The notes below the pieces were generated by a model, which worked only from the letters and a program-made list of their open reading frames with translations, ran no database searches and was not told where the DNA came from. A stretch of DNA of 64,000 nucleotides from an uncultured Candidatus Actinomarina sp. (GTDB lineage Bacteria; Actinomycetota; Acidimicrobiia; Actinomarinales; Actinomarinaceae). The stretch covers positions 139,042 to 203,041 of the forward strand of contig CABZMN010000001.1 in assembly GCA_902526825.1 (NCBI GenBank). Direction: 5' to 3'. Of the stretch, positions 40,996-51,153 are shown piece after piece (the stretch's first letter is position 1; the number at the start of each line of letters is the position of its first letter). The position numbers and the translations under genes were made by a program.

Positions 40996-43476
40996 ATGTT
41001 TGAGAGGTTTACAGATAGAGCTAGAAGGGTTGTCGTTCTTGCACAAGAAGAAGCAAGAAGACTAAACCATAATTATATTGGTACAGAGCACATCTTACTT
41101 GGTTTAATACAAGAAGGTGAAGGTCATGCTGCTAAAGCAATTGAAGAACTTAATATAAGCATTGATAGCGTAAGATCTGAAGTTGTTGAAATTATAGGAG
41201 AAGGCCAGCAATCACCAAGTGGTCACATACCTTTTACACCAAGAGCAAAGAAAGTTTTAGAATTATCTCTCAGAGAAGCATTACAGTTAGGTCACAACTA
41301 TATCGGGACAGAACATATTTTATTAGGTTTAATTAGAGAGGGAGAAGGCGTAGCAGCTCAGGTACTGAAAAAACTTGGAGCCGAACTATCTCAAGTTAGA
41401 CAGACTGTTATAAAACTTATTTCAAATTCAGGCGAAGGTAAAAAAGCTCAAGCAGCTTCAACTGGTGGAAGAGAAAGACCAGGTTCAGGGACTGGTTCAG
41501 CAATACTTGATCAATTTGGAAGAAATCTTACAAGAATGGGTAAAGAAGGAAAGCTAGACCCTGTTATTGGAAGAACAACTGAGATTGAAAGAGTAATGCA
41601 AATTCTCTCAAGGAGAACAAAAAATAATCCAGTTTTAATCGGTGAACCGGGTGTTGGAAAAACAGCAATCGTTGAAGGACTAGCACAAAAAATTGTATCA
41701 GGAGATGTACCCTCCACATTGCAAGGCAAACAAATTTACACACTAGATTTATCAGCTTTGGTTGCAGGCTCAAGATATCGTGGGGATTTTGAAGAAAGAC
41801 TTAAAAAAGTTTTGAAAGAAATTAAAACAAGAGGAGACATCGTATTATTCATCGATGAAATTCATACATTAGTTGGTGCTGGAGCTGCTGAAGGCGCCAT
41901 TGATGCTGCATCAATACTAAAACCAATGCTTGCGAGAGGTGAGTTACAAACAGTAGGAGCTACAACATTAGAAGAATTTAGAAAGCATTTTGAGAAAGAT
42001 GCAGCATTAGAAAGAAGATTTCAATCAGTAAAAGTTGATGAGCCGAATCTTTCAGACGCAATTGAGATACTTGATGGGTTAAAAGATCGATATGAAATTC
42101 ACCATGGTGTTAGATTCACTGATCAAGCAATTGCCTCAGCAGTCAATATGGCTGACAGGTATATTTCTGACCGCTTTTTACCAGATAAAGCTATTGATTT
42201 AATTGATGAAGCCGGTAGTCGTATGAGAGTTTACAAAAAGCCTCTAGATGCTGACAAACAAGAACTTTCTGACAAACTTAAGAACCTAAGAGAGCAAAAA
42301 ATTGATGCTGTTCAATCACAATTATTTGAAAAAGCAGCTCAAATTAGAGACCAAGAGAAAGTTTTGCTAGATGAGGTTGATTCAATAGAAGGAAGTAGCT
42401 CTTCAGATATCGAAATGGTTATAGATGAGGAAGAAATTGCAGAAGTTCTAGCACAATGGACAGGAATTCCAGTACACAGATTAACACAGGAAGAGACTGC
42501 GAGACTTCTAGAAATGGAAAATGAACTCCATAAGAGAATTATTGGTCAAAATGAAGCAATTACAGCTGTTTCTAAGGCTATTAGAAGAACTAGATCAGGC
42601 TTAAAAGATCCTAAAAGACCTTCAGGTTCATTTATTTTCCTTGGACCATCTGGTGTAGGTAAGACCGAAACTGCAAAAGCACTAGCTGAGTTCTTATTTG
42701 GCGACGAGGATTCATTAATTCAAATCGATATGTCAGAATATATGGAGAAGCATACCGTAAGTAGGTTAATTGGATCTCCTCCAGGCTATGTTGGTTATGA
42801 TGAGGGTGGACAGTTGACAGAAGCAGTTAGAAGAAAACCTTTTAGTGTTGTTCTTTTAGATGAGGTTGAAAAAGCACACCCAGATGTTTTCAATACTCTT
42901 TTACAAATATTAGAAGACGGAAGATTAACCGACGCACAAGGAAGAACTGTCGATTTTAAAAATACTGTGATAATAATGACAAGCAACCTTGGGACAAAAG
43001 ATCTTTCAAAAAATATTGGCTTTAGTAACTTAACTGATTTGGATTCTTATGAAAAAATGAAATCAAAAGTTAACGAAGAACTAAAAAGATATTTTAAGCC
43101 GGAGTTTCTAAACCGTATAGATGAGACTATTGTTTTCCATGAATTAACACTTGATGAAGTAAAAGAAATTGTTGATTTAATGTTAGATAGAGTTCATAAA
43201 CAACTTAAAAATTCAGACTTAGAAATAGTACTATCCGATGAAGCGAAACAATATTTAGCTATTGAAGGTTATAACAAAGAATTTGGTGCTAGACCATTAA
43301 GAAGATCTATACAGAGACTTTTAGAAGACCCATTGTCTGAAGAATTACTTCAAGGCAAGTACAAGGCTGGCTCAACAATAGTTGTATCTTTAAATGAGGA
43401 AGAAGGAACACTTAAATTTGAGTCCGTCGAAGCTCCTAATGAACCTGAAATAGACTTTGCAGATTCGGATTCCTAA
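40996..43476 (+). CDS. clpC: ATP-dependent Clp protease ATP-binding subunit ClpC
   Basis: 826 aa. Two Clp_N repeats, two AAA+ modules (Walker A '[15 protein letters not shown]' and '[15 protein letters not shown]'), and a UVR-like linker. Confidence 0.95.
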   Translation: MFERFTDRARRVVVLAQEEARRLNHNYIGTEHILLGLIQEGEGHAAKAIEELNISIDSVRSEVVEIIGEGQQSPSGHIPFTPRAKKVLELSLREALQLGHNYIGTEHILLGLIREGEGVAAQVLKKLGAELSQVRQTVIKLISNSGEGKKAQAASTGGRERPGSGTGSAILDQFGRNLTRMGKEGKLDPVIGRTTEIERVMQILSRRTKNNPVLIGEPGVGKTAIVEGLAQKIVSGDVPSTLQGKQIYTLDLSALVAGSRYRGDFEERLKKVLKEIKTRGDIVLFIDEIHTLVGAGAAEGAIDAASILKPMLARGELQTVGATTLEEFRKHFEKDAALERRFQSVKVDEPNLSDAIEILDGLKDRYEIHHGVRFTDQAIASAVNMADRYISDRFLPDKAIDLIDEAGSRMRVYKKPLDADKQELSDKLKNLREQKIDAVQSQLFEKAAQIRDQEKVLLDEVDSIEGSSSSDIEMVIDEEEIAEVLAQWTGIPVHRLTQEETARLLEMENELHKRIIGQNEAITAVSKAIRRTRSGLKDPKRPSGSFIFLGPSGVGKTETAKALAEFLFGDEDSLIQIDMSEYMEKHTVSRLIGSPPGYVGYDEGGQLTEAVRRKPFSVVLLDEVEKAHPDVFNTLLQILEDGRLTDAQGRTVDFKNTVIIMTSNLGTKDLSKNIGFSNLTDLDSYEKMKSKVNEELKRYFKPEFLNRIDETIVFHELTLDEVKEIVDLMLDRVHKQLKNSDLEIVLSDEAKQYLAIEGYNKEFGARPLRRSIQRLLEDPLSEELLQGKYKAGSTIVVSLNEEEGTLKFESVEAPNEPEIDFADSDS

Positions 43477-43606
43477 ATAAAACCTGTCAAACCGTTCTAA
43501 AAATTTAACAACTATCAAAAGATAATTAATTAAAAATTGCTACTATAAATCCAACGGGGTTTTAAAGGTATTTTTATACCTACAACTAGTTGGACAAGGA
43601 GTAAAC

Positions 43607-44716
43607 GTGACTCGAATGAAGTCAAAATGGCTTGTACTTTTTATAGTATTTGGCCTTATATTAACTGCTTGTGGTGGATCCGATACAGCTGAAGAGGTTG
43701 AAACAGTAGCCGAAGAAGCTCCAGCAGAAGAGCTGGACTCACCTGCTACTACAGCAGCCCCTACAACTACAACTGGTCCAACCGCAGAAGTATGTATGGT
43801 TTATGACATTGGTGGAAGAGGAGACTTATCCTTTAATGACATGGCATACGCTGGGCTTGAAAAAGCCATAGCTGAACTAGGTGTTAATGGTCAAGATCTT
43901 GAACCAAACGAAGGTGGAGAAAATAGAGCTGAACTACTTGGTCTTTGTGCAGAAGATGGCAAAGATGTAATTATTGGAGTTGGGTTCTTATTTGCTGATT
44001 CTATAACTGAAGTTGCAACTGCATATCCTGATGTAAGCTTTGGAATTATTGATTCGGCTGTGGAACCAGGCAATGTCGCTGGTATGCTTTTCGCTGAAGA
44101 ACAAGGTTCATTCTTGGTCGGAGCAGCAGCAGCTTTAAAAACACAAACTAACAAAGTTGGTTTTATTGGTGGCGTAGAATTTCCACTAATCCAAAAATTT
44201 GAAGCCGGCTTCGTTGCAGGTGTCAAAGCTGTAAATCCTGATATTGAAATTGATATCAAGTATGCAACTGTACCACCTGACTTTAGTGGTTTTAACCTAC
44301 CTGATAAAGGTAAAGAAATTGCATTAGCACAATATGAAGCTGGAGCAGATATTATTTATCATGCAGCTGGTGGAACAGGTGCTGGTCTTTTCGAAGCAGC
44401 TAAAGAAGTTTCAGAATCTACAGGTTCAAAAGTTTGGGCAATTGGTGTAGATGCAGATCAGTACAATACTGTAAGCGCTGAATTACAACCTTATATATTA
44501 ACTTCTATGTTAAAGAAGGTTGACACTGCAGTGTATTTAACAATTAAGGCAATTGTTGACGGAACCTTTGCCGGTGGAGTATCAGTCTTCGACCTAAGTG
44601 TTGATGGCGTTGGGTATTCAACATCCGGTGGATATGTTGATGATATTGCTTCACAACTTGATGACTTTAAGGCACAAATTGTAAGCGGTGCAATAACCGT
44701 TCCAAGCACACCTTAA
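43607..44716 (+). CDS. BMP-family (PnrA/Med-like) ABC transporter substrate-binding lipoprotein, probable nucleoside receptor
   Basis: 369 aa. Lipobox 'LTACGGS', followed by an acidic Ala/Thr/Pro-rich tether and then a BMP-fold body. GTG start. The gene is GC-richer than its surroundings. Confidence 0.8.
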   Translation: MTRMKSKWLVLFIVFGLILTACGGSDTAEEVETVAEEAPAEELDSPATTAAPTTTTGPTAEVCMVYDIGGRGDLSFNDMAYAGLEKAIAELGVNGQDLEPNEGGENRAELLGLCAEDGKDVIIGVGFLFADSITEVATAYPDVSFGIIDSAVEPGNVAGMLFAEEQGSFLVGAAAALKTQTNKVGFIGGVEFPLIQKFEAGFVAGVKAVNPDIEIDIKYATVPPDFSGFNLPDKGKEIALAQYEAGADIIYHAAGGTGAGLFEAAKEVSESTGSKVWAIGVDADQYNTVSAELQPYILTSMLKKVDTAVYLTIKAIVDGTFAGGVSVFDLSVDGVGYSTSGGYVDDIASQLDDFKAQIVSGAITVPSTP

Positions 44717-44730
44717 TTAAGTAATTTTTT

Positions 44731-44756
44731 CTAGGACCCAAAATTTTGGGTCCTAG
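44731..44756. promoter_or_regulatory. Perfect 26-nt palindrome (CTAGGACCCAAAATTTTGGGTCCTAG) between the SBP and ATPase genes; intra-operon stem-loop or operator
   Basis: Exact self-complementarity is seen directly in the sequence. It lies 15 nt after the SBP stop and 15 nt before the ATPase start, with no U-tract after it on the + strand. Confidence 0.5.
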
Positions 44757-44771
44757 AAATACATAAACCTC

Positions 44772-46280
44772 ATGTCATTTGCATTAAAAGTAATAAATAT
44801 TTCCAAGTCTTTTCCTGGTGTTCTAGCTAATGACAAAATTAACATTGAGATACCATCAGGAACTATCCATGCAATCGTAGGAGAAAATGGTGCCGGCAAG
44901 TCGACTTTAATGAAAATAATTTATGGAATGATATCTCCAGACTCTGGGAAAATTTCAGTTTCTGAAAAAGAAAAAAAATTTAGTTCTCCAAAAGATGCAA
45001 TTAAAGCAGGGATTGGCATGGTTCATCAGCATTTTATGCTTGCAGACAATCTGACTGTTTTAGAAAATGTAATTCTTGGGATTGAAAATGCAACATTAAG
45101 AAATATAAATAAAAAAAAGTTTAAAAATGAAATACTTGAAATATCTGATAAATATGGAATGCCATTAAACCCAAACACAACAATAGATGAATTGGGAGTA
45201 GGTGAAAAACAAAGGGTTGAAATAATTAAAGTTTTATACAGGGGTGCAAAAATATTAATCCTTGATGAACCGACAGCTGTTTTAGTACCACAGGAAGTCA
45301 ATGAACTCTTTGAAAATTTAAATAATCTGAAAAATCAGGGAGTTACGATCATATTTATTTCTCACAAACTAGATGAAGTTATAGAAATTGCAGATGGAAT
45401 ATCTGTAATGAGGGGTGGTAAACATGTTGGTACAGTTGACGCAAAAACTGTATCAAAATCTGAACTTGCAGAAATGATGATTGGAAAGTCATTACCAAAA
45501 ATTCCAAAAAGAACTTCATTACCTACTAATGAAATATGTTTGGAAGTGTCGTCACTGTCGGGAGAGAAATTAGATTCAAAAGAACCATTTAAGGACATTA
45601 ACTTTATTCTTAATAAAGGTGAAATTCTTGGAATTGCAGGAGTTGAAGGAAATGGACAAAGAGAATTAACAGAGTCAATTTTAGGTATTTATCCTCTTAG
45701 TCAAGGGACTATCACCGTAGATGGAATAAATATTGATAACATGGCAACTAGACAACGAAGGAGTTTAGGTATTAATTTTATTCCAGAAGATAGACAAACT
45801 CAAGGACTAGTGATGGATAACTCTTTAATAGAAAATGCCATGCTTGGAAGACAAAATAAAGATATGTACAAAACAAAATTTAAAAGCGTTAATTTTAAAA
45901 ACTCGAGAAAATTTTCAAATAAAATTATTGATCAATATGATGTTCGAACTCCTAACTCATCAACGCTTGCCCTTGCTTTGTCTGGAGGCAATCAGCAGAA
46001 ATTTGTTGTAGGAAGAGAGCTTGAAGATAATCCAAGTTTATTAGTTGCATCTCAACCAACTAGAGGAATTGATATTGGTGCTCAGTCTTTGATATGGGAA
46101 GAATTAAGAGAAGCAAGAGATGCTGGGCTTGGAGTACTTTTAATTTCAGCAGATTTGGAAGAACTACTTGGTTTATCTGACAGGCTTTTGGTAATGTATG
46201 AAGGTAAAATTGTCAAAGAATTATTGCCTGAGGATGCAACACCAGAATTACTTGGTGCATATATGACAGGGCTTAAATAA
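44772..46280 (+). CDS. ABC transporter ATP-binding protein with duplicated NBDs (sugar/nucleoside CUT2-type)
   Basis: 502 aa. Walker A 'GENGAGKSTLMK', signature 'LSGGNQQKFVVGREL', and a second degenerate NBD. Confidence 0.85.
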   Translation: MSFALKVINISKSFPGVLANDKINIEIPSGTIHAIVGENGAGKSTLMKIIYGMISPDSGKISVSEKEKKFSSPKDAIKAGIGMVHQHFMLADNLTVLENVILGIENATLRNINKKKFKNEILEISDKYGMPLNPNTTIDELGVGEKQRVEIIKVLYRGAKILILDEPTAVLVPQEVNELFENLNNLKNQGVTIIFISHKLDEVIEIADGISVMRGGKHVGTVDAKTVSKSELAEMMIGKSLPKIPKRTSLPTNEICLEVSSLSGEKLDSKEPFKDINFILNKGEILGIAGVEGNGQRELTESILGIYPLSQGTITVDGINIDNMATRQRRSLGINFIPEDRQTQGLVMDNSLIENAMLGRQNKDMYKTKFKSVNFKNSRKFSNKIIDQYDVRTPNSSTLALALSGGNQQKFVVGRELEDNPSLLVASQPTRGIDIGAQSLIWEELREARDAGLGVLLISADLEELLGLSDRLLVMYEGKIVKELLPEDATPELLGAYMTGLK

Positions 46281-46281
46281 T

Positions 46282-47370
46282 ATGAAAATACGAATTAGAA
46301 TTTTAAGCATCCTTGCCCCAATCATCGCACTATTTACAGCAGTTTTAATTTGTTCAGCAATTTTAAATTTTATTGATCGGGATCCTGTTGAAACATTTAG
46401 ATCGATGTTTGAATATGGTACTTCTGGAAAATCTATAGTTTCAATAATTAATAGATCGGTTCCACTTTATATTTCTGCAGTTGCAGTTGCAGTGGGTTTT
46501 AAAATGGGATTGTTCAACATAGGTGTTGAGGGACAGTATTTACTAGGTGCATTATTAGCAGCTGCGTTTGGATCATATTTTGCCCTACCTCCGGCATTTC
46601 ATATTTTATTTATATTATTTGTTGCTTCTTTAAGTTCAGGATTATGGGCAGGAATTGCAGGGTATTTAAAGGTAAAAAAGGGAATACATGAGGTAATTTC
46701 CACAATTATGTTGAACTATATAGGAACTGGAATAATTGCATACCTTCTGGCACAAGTTTTTTTTGAAAAAGATGAGAACGATAGCTTGAAAGTTCCACAA
46801 ACAAATTATCTTCCCGAATCTGGACAGATTCCTCCATTAAATAATTTATTGGGAATAGAAGACCTTCCTAACCTTCATGGATTTGTTATAGGAGCAATAT
46901 TTATTGGGATTTTCTACTACTGGCTAATTTGGAAGACTTCACTTGGTTATGATCTTCGTGCAACTGGTTCAAACCCTATAGCAGCAAAATTTAGTGGAGC
47001 TGATCCAGCTAAAATGGTCATTTTAGCTATGTTAATTTCTGGAGCTATTGCAGGAATGGTTGGTATGAGTGGACTAACTGGATATTACCATCGTTACACA
47101 ATTGACTTTACATCTGGATTAGGATTTGTTGGTATTGGCGTGGCTTTACTTGGAAGAAATCATCCAATTGGAATGGCATTGGGAGCCATATTAATTTCAT
47201 TCTTGGAAAGATCTTCTCAAATATTGGATTTGAAAGATGTTCCAAAAGAAATTGAAAGAATAATGCAAGGAATAATAATTTTATTTGTTGTTATTGGATA
47301 TGAAATAGTAAGAAGATATGTTTTAACTTCTCAAATAAAAGAAGCATCAAAAGAGGTATTAAATGAATAA
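46282..47370 (+). CDS. ABC transporter permease (BMP-system, first permease)
   Basis: 362 aa polytopic membrane protein immediately after the ATPase. Confidence 0.8.
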   Translation: MKIRIRILSILAPIIALFTAVLICSAILNFIDRDPVETFRSMFEYGTSGKSIVSIINRSVPLYISAVAVAVGFKMGLFNIGVEGQYLLGALLAAAFGSYFALPPAFHILFILFVASLSSGLWAGIAGYLKVKKGIHEVISTIMLNYIGTGIIAYLLAQVFFEKDENDSLKVPQTNYLPESGQIPPLNNLLGIEDLPNLHGFVIGAIFIGIFYYWLIWKTSLGYDLRATGSNPIAAKFSGADPAKMVILAMLISGAIAGMVGMSGLTGYYHRYTIDFTSGLGFVGIGVALLGRNHPIGMALGAILISFLERSSQILDLKDVPKEIERIMQGIIILFVVIGYEIVRRYVLTSQIKEASKEVLNE

Positions 47371-48607
47371 ACTATTTTCGTTTATAAAAAAAAGATACCT
47401 GATTATTGTTCCGATTCTTTTATTAATTTTTGTTGCACAAATTGAACGATATTCAGAATTAACTTCAAGTGGTACATTTGGGGCAGCTCTCAGGTTATCT
47501 ATTCCAATATGTTTGGCTGGAGTAGGTGCAATTTATTCTGAGAGGTGTGGGATTGTAAATATTGGCTTAGAGGGAATGATGGTAATGGGTACATGGTTCG
47601 GAGCCTGGGCTGGCTGGTTTTATGGACCATGGTATGGTCTGTTAGCAGGGCTTCTTGGAGGTGCCCTATTCGGATTAATTCATGCGATAGGTACCATTAC
47701 ATTTCAAGTTGATCATATTGTTTCAGGAGTAGCAATAAATATTTTGGCAGCAGGTGTTGCAAGATTTTTATCTGTAGTTGCCTATGCCGATGTTCCTGCT
47801 GGTGGGGCAACACAATCTCCCAGAGTTGACGAAAGAATCGATAAAATATCTATACCTTATTTATCTGGTGGAAAAATTAATCAGTCAGAAACCGCTGATG
47901 TTTTTCGATCATTAGAGGAACTAGATTTATTTTTAATATCCGATTTGTTTGGACTCTTAGGGGGTTTAACAAGAAACATATCTTATTTTTCAATTCTTGC
48001 AGTTTTGCTAGTTCCAATATCCTTTTGGATTCTATGGTCAACCAACTTTGGTCTTCAGCTAAGAAGTGTAGGCGAATATCCTGTAGGCAGTGAATCAGTT
48101 GGAGTTAATGTGTATTTAATGAAGTATATTGGGGTAACTATTTCAGGAGCATTTGCTGGTCTTGCAGGTGCTTATCTAGTTATAGAAAGTGCAGGTATTT
48201 ACAGAGAAGGTCAAACCGGTGGCAGAGGATTCATAGGTCTTGCTGCAATGATTTTTGGTAACTGGAAACCACTTGGCACATTTTTAGGTTCAAGCTTATT
48301 TGGTTACGCAGACTCTCTTCAACTTAGATCAGAAGAATCTGTTCATGGATTACTGATAATCATTGTTAGTGTATTATTTATTGTTGGAATTAGATCGATG
48401 ATAAATAAAAATTTGAGAACAGGTTTAATTTCGTTAATATTTAGTGGATTATTTTTGTTTTGGTTTTTGAACAGTTCAACTATACCAAATGAATTCGTAT
48501 TTTTTACTCCACATATAACTACCTTAATTGTTTTGTCGTTTGCAAGTCAAAGATTAAGAATGCCAAAGTTTATTGGTAGAGCTTATAAAAAAGGTGAATT
48601 AACTTAA
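47363..48607 (+). CDS. ABC transporter permease (BMP-system, second permease)
   Basis: 414 aa polytopic membrane protein. 8-bp overlap with the upstream permease. Confidence 0.8.
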   Translation: MNKLFSFIKKRYLIIVPILLLIFVAQIERYSELTSSGTFGAALRLSIPICLAGVGAIYSERCGIVNIGLEGMMVMGTWFGAWAGWFYGPWYGLLAGLLGGALFGLIHAIGTITFQVDHIVSGVAINILAAGVARFLSVVAYADVPAGGATQSPRVDERIDKISIPYLSGGKINQSETADVFRSLEELDLFLISDLFGLLGGLTRNISYFSILAVLLVPISFWILWSTNFGLQLRSVGEYPVGSESVGVNVYLMKYIGVTISGAFAGLAGAYLVIESAGIYREGQTGGRGFIGLAAMIFGNWKPLGTFLGSSLFGYADSLQLRSEESVHGLLIIIVSVLFIVGIRSMINKNLRTGLISLIFSGLFLFWFLNSSTIPNEFVFFTPHITTLIVLSFASQRLRMPKFIGRAYKKGELT

Positions 48608-49422
48608 CTCTTTCCAAAAAATTTAATTTCTTGCATGGCACATTCTGTAAATGGATTTTGTCCGTTTAATTCCTCACCAGGATAAGCACTTAACACTTCT
48701 ATTTTTATAGTGTTGGCATCAGTGTTTAAGTCAATCCACTGTTGAAAATTATCATTTTCAAGTTCTTTTTCAACCTGATAATCACTTTGATCCGTCGTAA
48801 TTCTTATATCTCTAGCCTTAAAATTCCTTATGAATGATGAGCTTTTCTCAGCATTTTGAATCACTATAAATTCAAAATAGATAGTGTCTGAAAAAGTGAA
48901 CTCTAGAACAGTATCTTCACAACCAAGGCTATTATCTTGCCACATGGAGTTAGATTCATCGTATAAATTTTCACATGAAAAATCTTCATTAAAGTTACTT
49001 GAAGCTTTGCAGGATATAGGTACTTGGGGTTTTAAATTACTTTGAATGGTGGTACTTGTCGATGTAATTGTTGTTTGTTCTATAACAGCTATCTCCTCAA
49101 TAACTTCATCCGCTACTCTACTGTTGTAAAAAAAACTAGCACCTGCAATCAAGGGAACAATTAATGCTAAAAAGAAAACTGCTCTTATTCCTGGTACTTC
49201 TTTTCTGTTGGGAAGACTAGTTGCACCGTAATTACTTAAAGGCTTAACAGGTAGCTCCATAAGCTTTTCAATTCTTTGTTTTTTTGCTTCTGAAGTATTT
49301 TCTACAGCAACTTCATCAACAACCTCATCTAATTTTAATCCAAGCCACTCTCCACAACTTGAGCAAAATTCTAGAGTGTTATCAACTGTTGCTTGACAGC
49401 CTTTACAAGTAATTTTTTCCAA
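48604..49422 (-). CDS. Zinc-ribbon membrane protein, function unknown
   Basis: 272 aa. N-terminal 'CKGCQATV...CSSCGEW' zinc ribbon, one TM 'AVFFLALIVPLIAGASFFY', and a Ser/Thr-rich spacer before a C-terminal extracytoplasmic domain. Divergent from disA. Confidence 0.4.
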   Translation of the reverse strand: MEKITCKGCQATVDNTLEFCSSCGEWLGLKLDEVVDEVAVENTSEAKKQRIEKLMELPVKPLSNYGATSLPNRKEVPGIRAVFFLALIVPLIAGASFFYNSRVADEVIEEIAVIEQTTITSTSTTIQSNLKPQVPISCKASSNFNEDFSCENLYDESNSMWQDNSLGCEDTVLEFTFSDTIYFEFIVIQNAEKSSSFIRNFKARDIRITTDQSDYQVEKELENDNFQQWIDLNTDANTIKIEVLSAYPGEELNGQNPFTECAMQEIKFFGKS

Positions 49423-49502
49423 TATTTTTCCTGTTGATTAATAATAAAATAATACAGTAACATTCGAATAAATAAAATACTCAAATAATAAAACGAGCAA
49501 AT

Positions 49503-50543
49503 ATGAAAAATAATCAATTGATACCGGGAGAACCATTAAGAGAGGGCGTTGACTTAATTGCTGATAAAAAAACTGGAGCACTGATTGTTGTCGGTAATTC
49601 AACAAAATTAGAAAGAATTTCTTCAGGAGGTATAAATCTAACTAATTGTGACTTTACACCAGAAATGTTAGGCGAACTTGCAAAAATGGATGGAGCAATT
49701 GTAGTTGATGAAAATGTAAATCAAATTTTAAAAGCGAATGTTCATTTGAATCCATCAGATACAATAGTAACTTCTCAAACTGGGACTAGACACAGAACAG
49801 CACATAGAGTATCAGTTGAAACAGAGCTAGATGTAATTGCTGTTTCTGACGAATCAGGAATAATTAAAGTATTTTCAAAAGATGAAGTCAATGAATTAGA
49901 AGAGTCATCAATGATTCTTGGAAGAGTTAATGAGTCTTTTCAATCTATTGATAGAACTAGAAGAAGGTTTGATGATGCTGTATTTGAGCTAGGTGAATTA
50001 GAAATTGAAAATTCTATAACAAATCAGCAGGTTTTGGAAGTTGTTCAAAGGGGGGAATTACTAGGTAGATTATCTGAACAAGTAAGAAATGAAGCTGAAA
50101 ACTTAGGTGAGGATTCAGGCTTAGTTATGATTCAGATAGATTCATTAGAGTCAGGTGTTAGACAAACATTAGACCTGGTATTAAAAGATCATTTACCTAC
50201 TAGAAAATTTAGAAATATTAGTAAAGCTGCTGATGAAATCTCTAACTTAACTTACGAAGAACTAAATTCAATACAAACTTTAGGGAATCTATTGTATATG
50301 CAACCCTTAGACCAAGTATCGACTCCAAAAGGATACAGGGTTCTTGCAAGATTTCCAGGTCTCCCAGATAATTTACATGACTCTTTAGTGTCAAAATTTA
50401 AATCATTACCTAATTTATTATTGGCATCTACTGATAAGCTATTTGAAGTCGACGGAATTGGTAGGAATAGAGCACAACAACTAAGAGAATATTTTGATAC
50501 GCTTCTAAAAAACATTGGATTTAGTTACATAAATGGTAACTAA
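49503..50543 (+). CDS. disA: DNA integrity scanning protein DisA (diadenylate cyclase)
   Basis: 346 aa. DAC domain 'DGALIVVGN...TGTRHRTAHRVS', a linker, and a C-terminal HhH 'LLLASTDKLFEVDGIGRNRAQQLREYF'. Confidence 0.85.
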   Translation: MKNNQLIPGEPLREGVDLIADKKTGALIVVGNSTKLERISSGGINLTNCDFTPEMLGELAKMDGAIVVDENVNQILKANVHLNPSDTIVTSQTGTRHRTAHRVSVETELDVIAVSDESGIIKVFSKDEVNELEESSMILGRVNESFQSIDRTRRRFDDAVFELGELEIENSITNQQVLEVVQRGELLGRLSEQVRNEAENLGEDSGLVMIQIDSLESGVRQTLDLVLKDHLPTRKFRNISKAADEISNLTYEELNSIQTLGNLLYMQPLDQVSTPKGYRVLARFPGLPDNLHDSLVSKFKSLPNLLLASTDKLFEVDGIGRNRAQQLREYFDTLLKNIGFSYINGN

Positions 50544-50575
50544 ATAGTTTTCAATCTATACTAATGTTTTAATCT

Positions 50576-51130
50576 ATGGCAACAAAAGCTAAAAAACCTA
50601 AGGAAAAATATAAACCAAATACATTTGTGGTCCATCCACATCATGGTGCAGCAAAAGTAATTCGTAAAGTTAATAAAAATGTAGAGATTTTTGTTGAGGG
50701 TGAGCCAAAATCAAAAAGAATTCAATATTTTGAAATTGAGGTCTTAATGGATGGCTTAACAGTTATGGTTCCTGTTGAAGCTGTAGATGAAGTAATAAGA
50801 CCGGTAATTTCCAAAAGTGCAGTCTCTAGAAAAGTTTTTCCAATATTTAAAGAAAAACCTGAAGAGGCTGGTACAAACTGGAGTAGATGGTACAAAGTTT
50901 TAACTGAAAAAATGACATCTGGTGATGTTATTCAGGTTGCCGAAGTCGTAAGGGATCTTTCACATGCACAAATAAACAAAGGAATATCACCTGCACTAAA
51001 AAGAATGCTTGCAAAAGCAAGAATGACCTTAGCAAGTGAAATAGCATGCGCATTAGAAATAGATGAAGAAGCTGCTGTAGAGAAAATTAATCAATATCTT
51101 CCAGAAGAAGAGCCAGACGACGGATTATAA
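50576..51130 (+). CDS. carD: CarD-family RNA polymerase-binding transcription regulator
   Basis: 184 aa. 'NTFVVHPHHGAAKVIRKV' is the CarD/TRCF RNAP-interaction-domain motif, with a C-terminal helical domain. Confidence 0.8.
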   Translation: MATKAKKPKEKYKPNTFVVHPHHGAAKVIRKVNKNVEIFVEGEPKSKRIQYFEIEVLMDGLTVMVPVEAVDEVIRPVISKSAVSRKVFPIFKEKPEEAGTNWSRWYKVLTEKMTSGDVIQVAEVVRDLSHAQINKGISPALKRMLAKARMTLASEIACALEIDEEAAVEKINQYLPEEEPDDGL

Positions 51131-51153
51131 TTTATTTAAAATACTTTTAGAAA

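Noticed and set aside
43477-43606. Possible structured leader or riboswitch upstream of the BMP nucleoside-binding protein gene (CCAAC...GGTATttttATACC...GTTGG nested pairing)
   Set aside because: The stems are only 5 bp each and AT-rich, and they match no riboswitch class I can recognise. It is probably an ordinary promoter or UTR.
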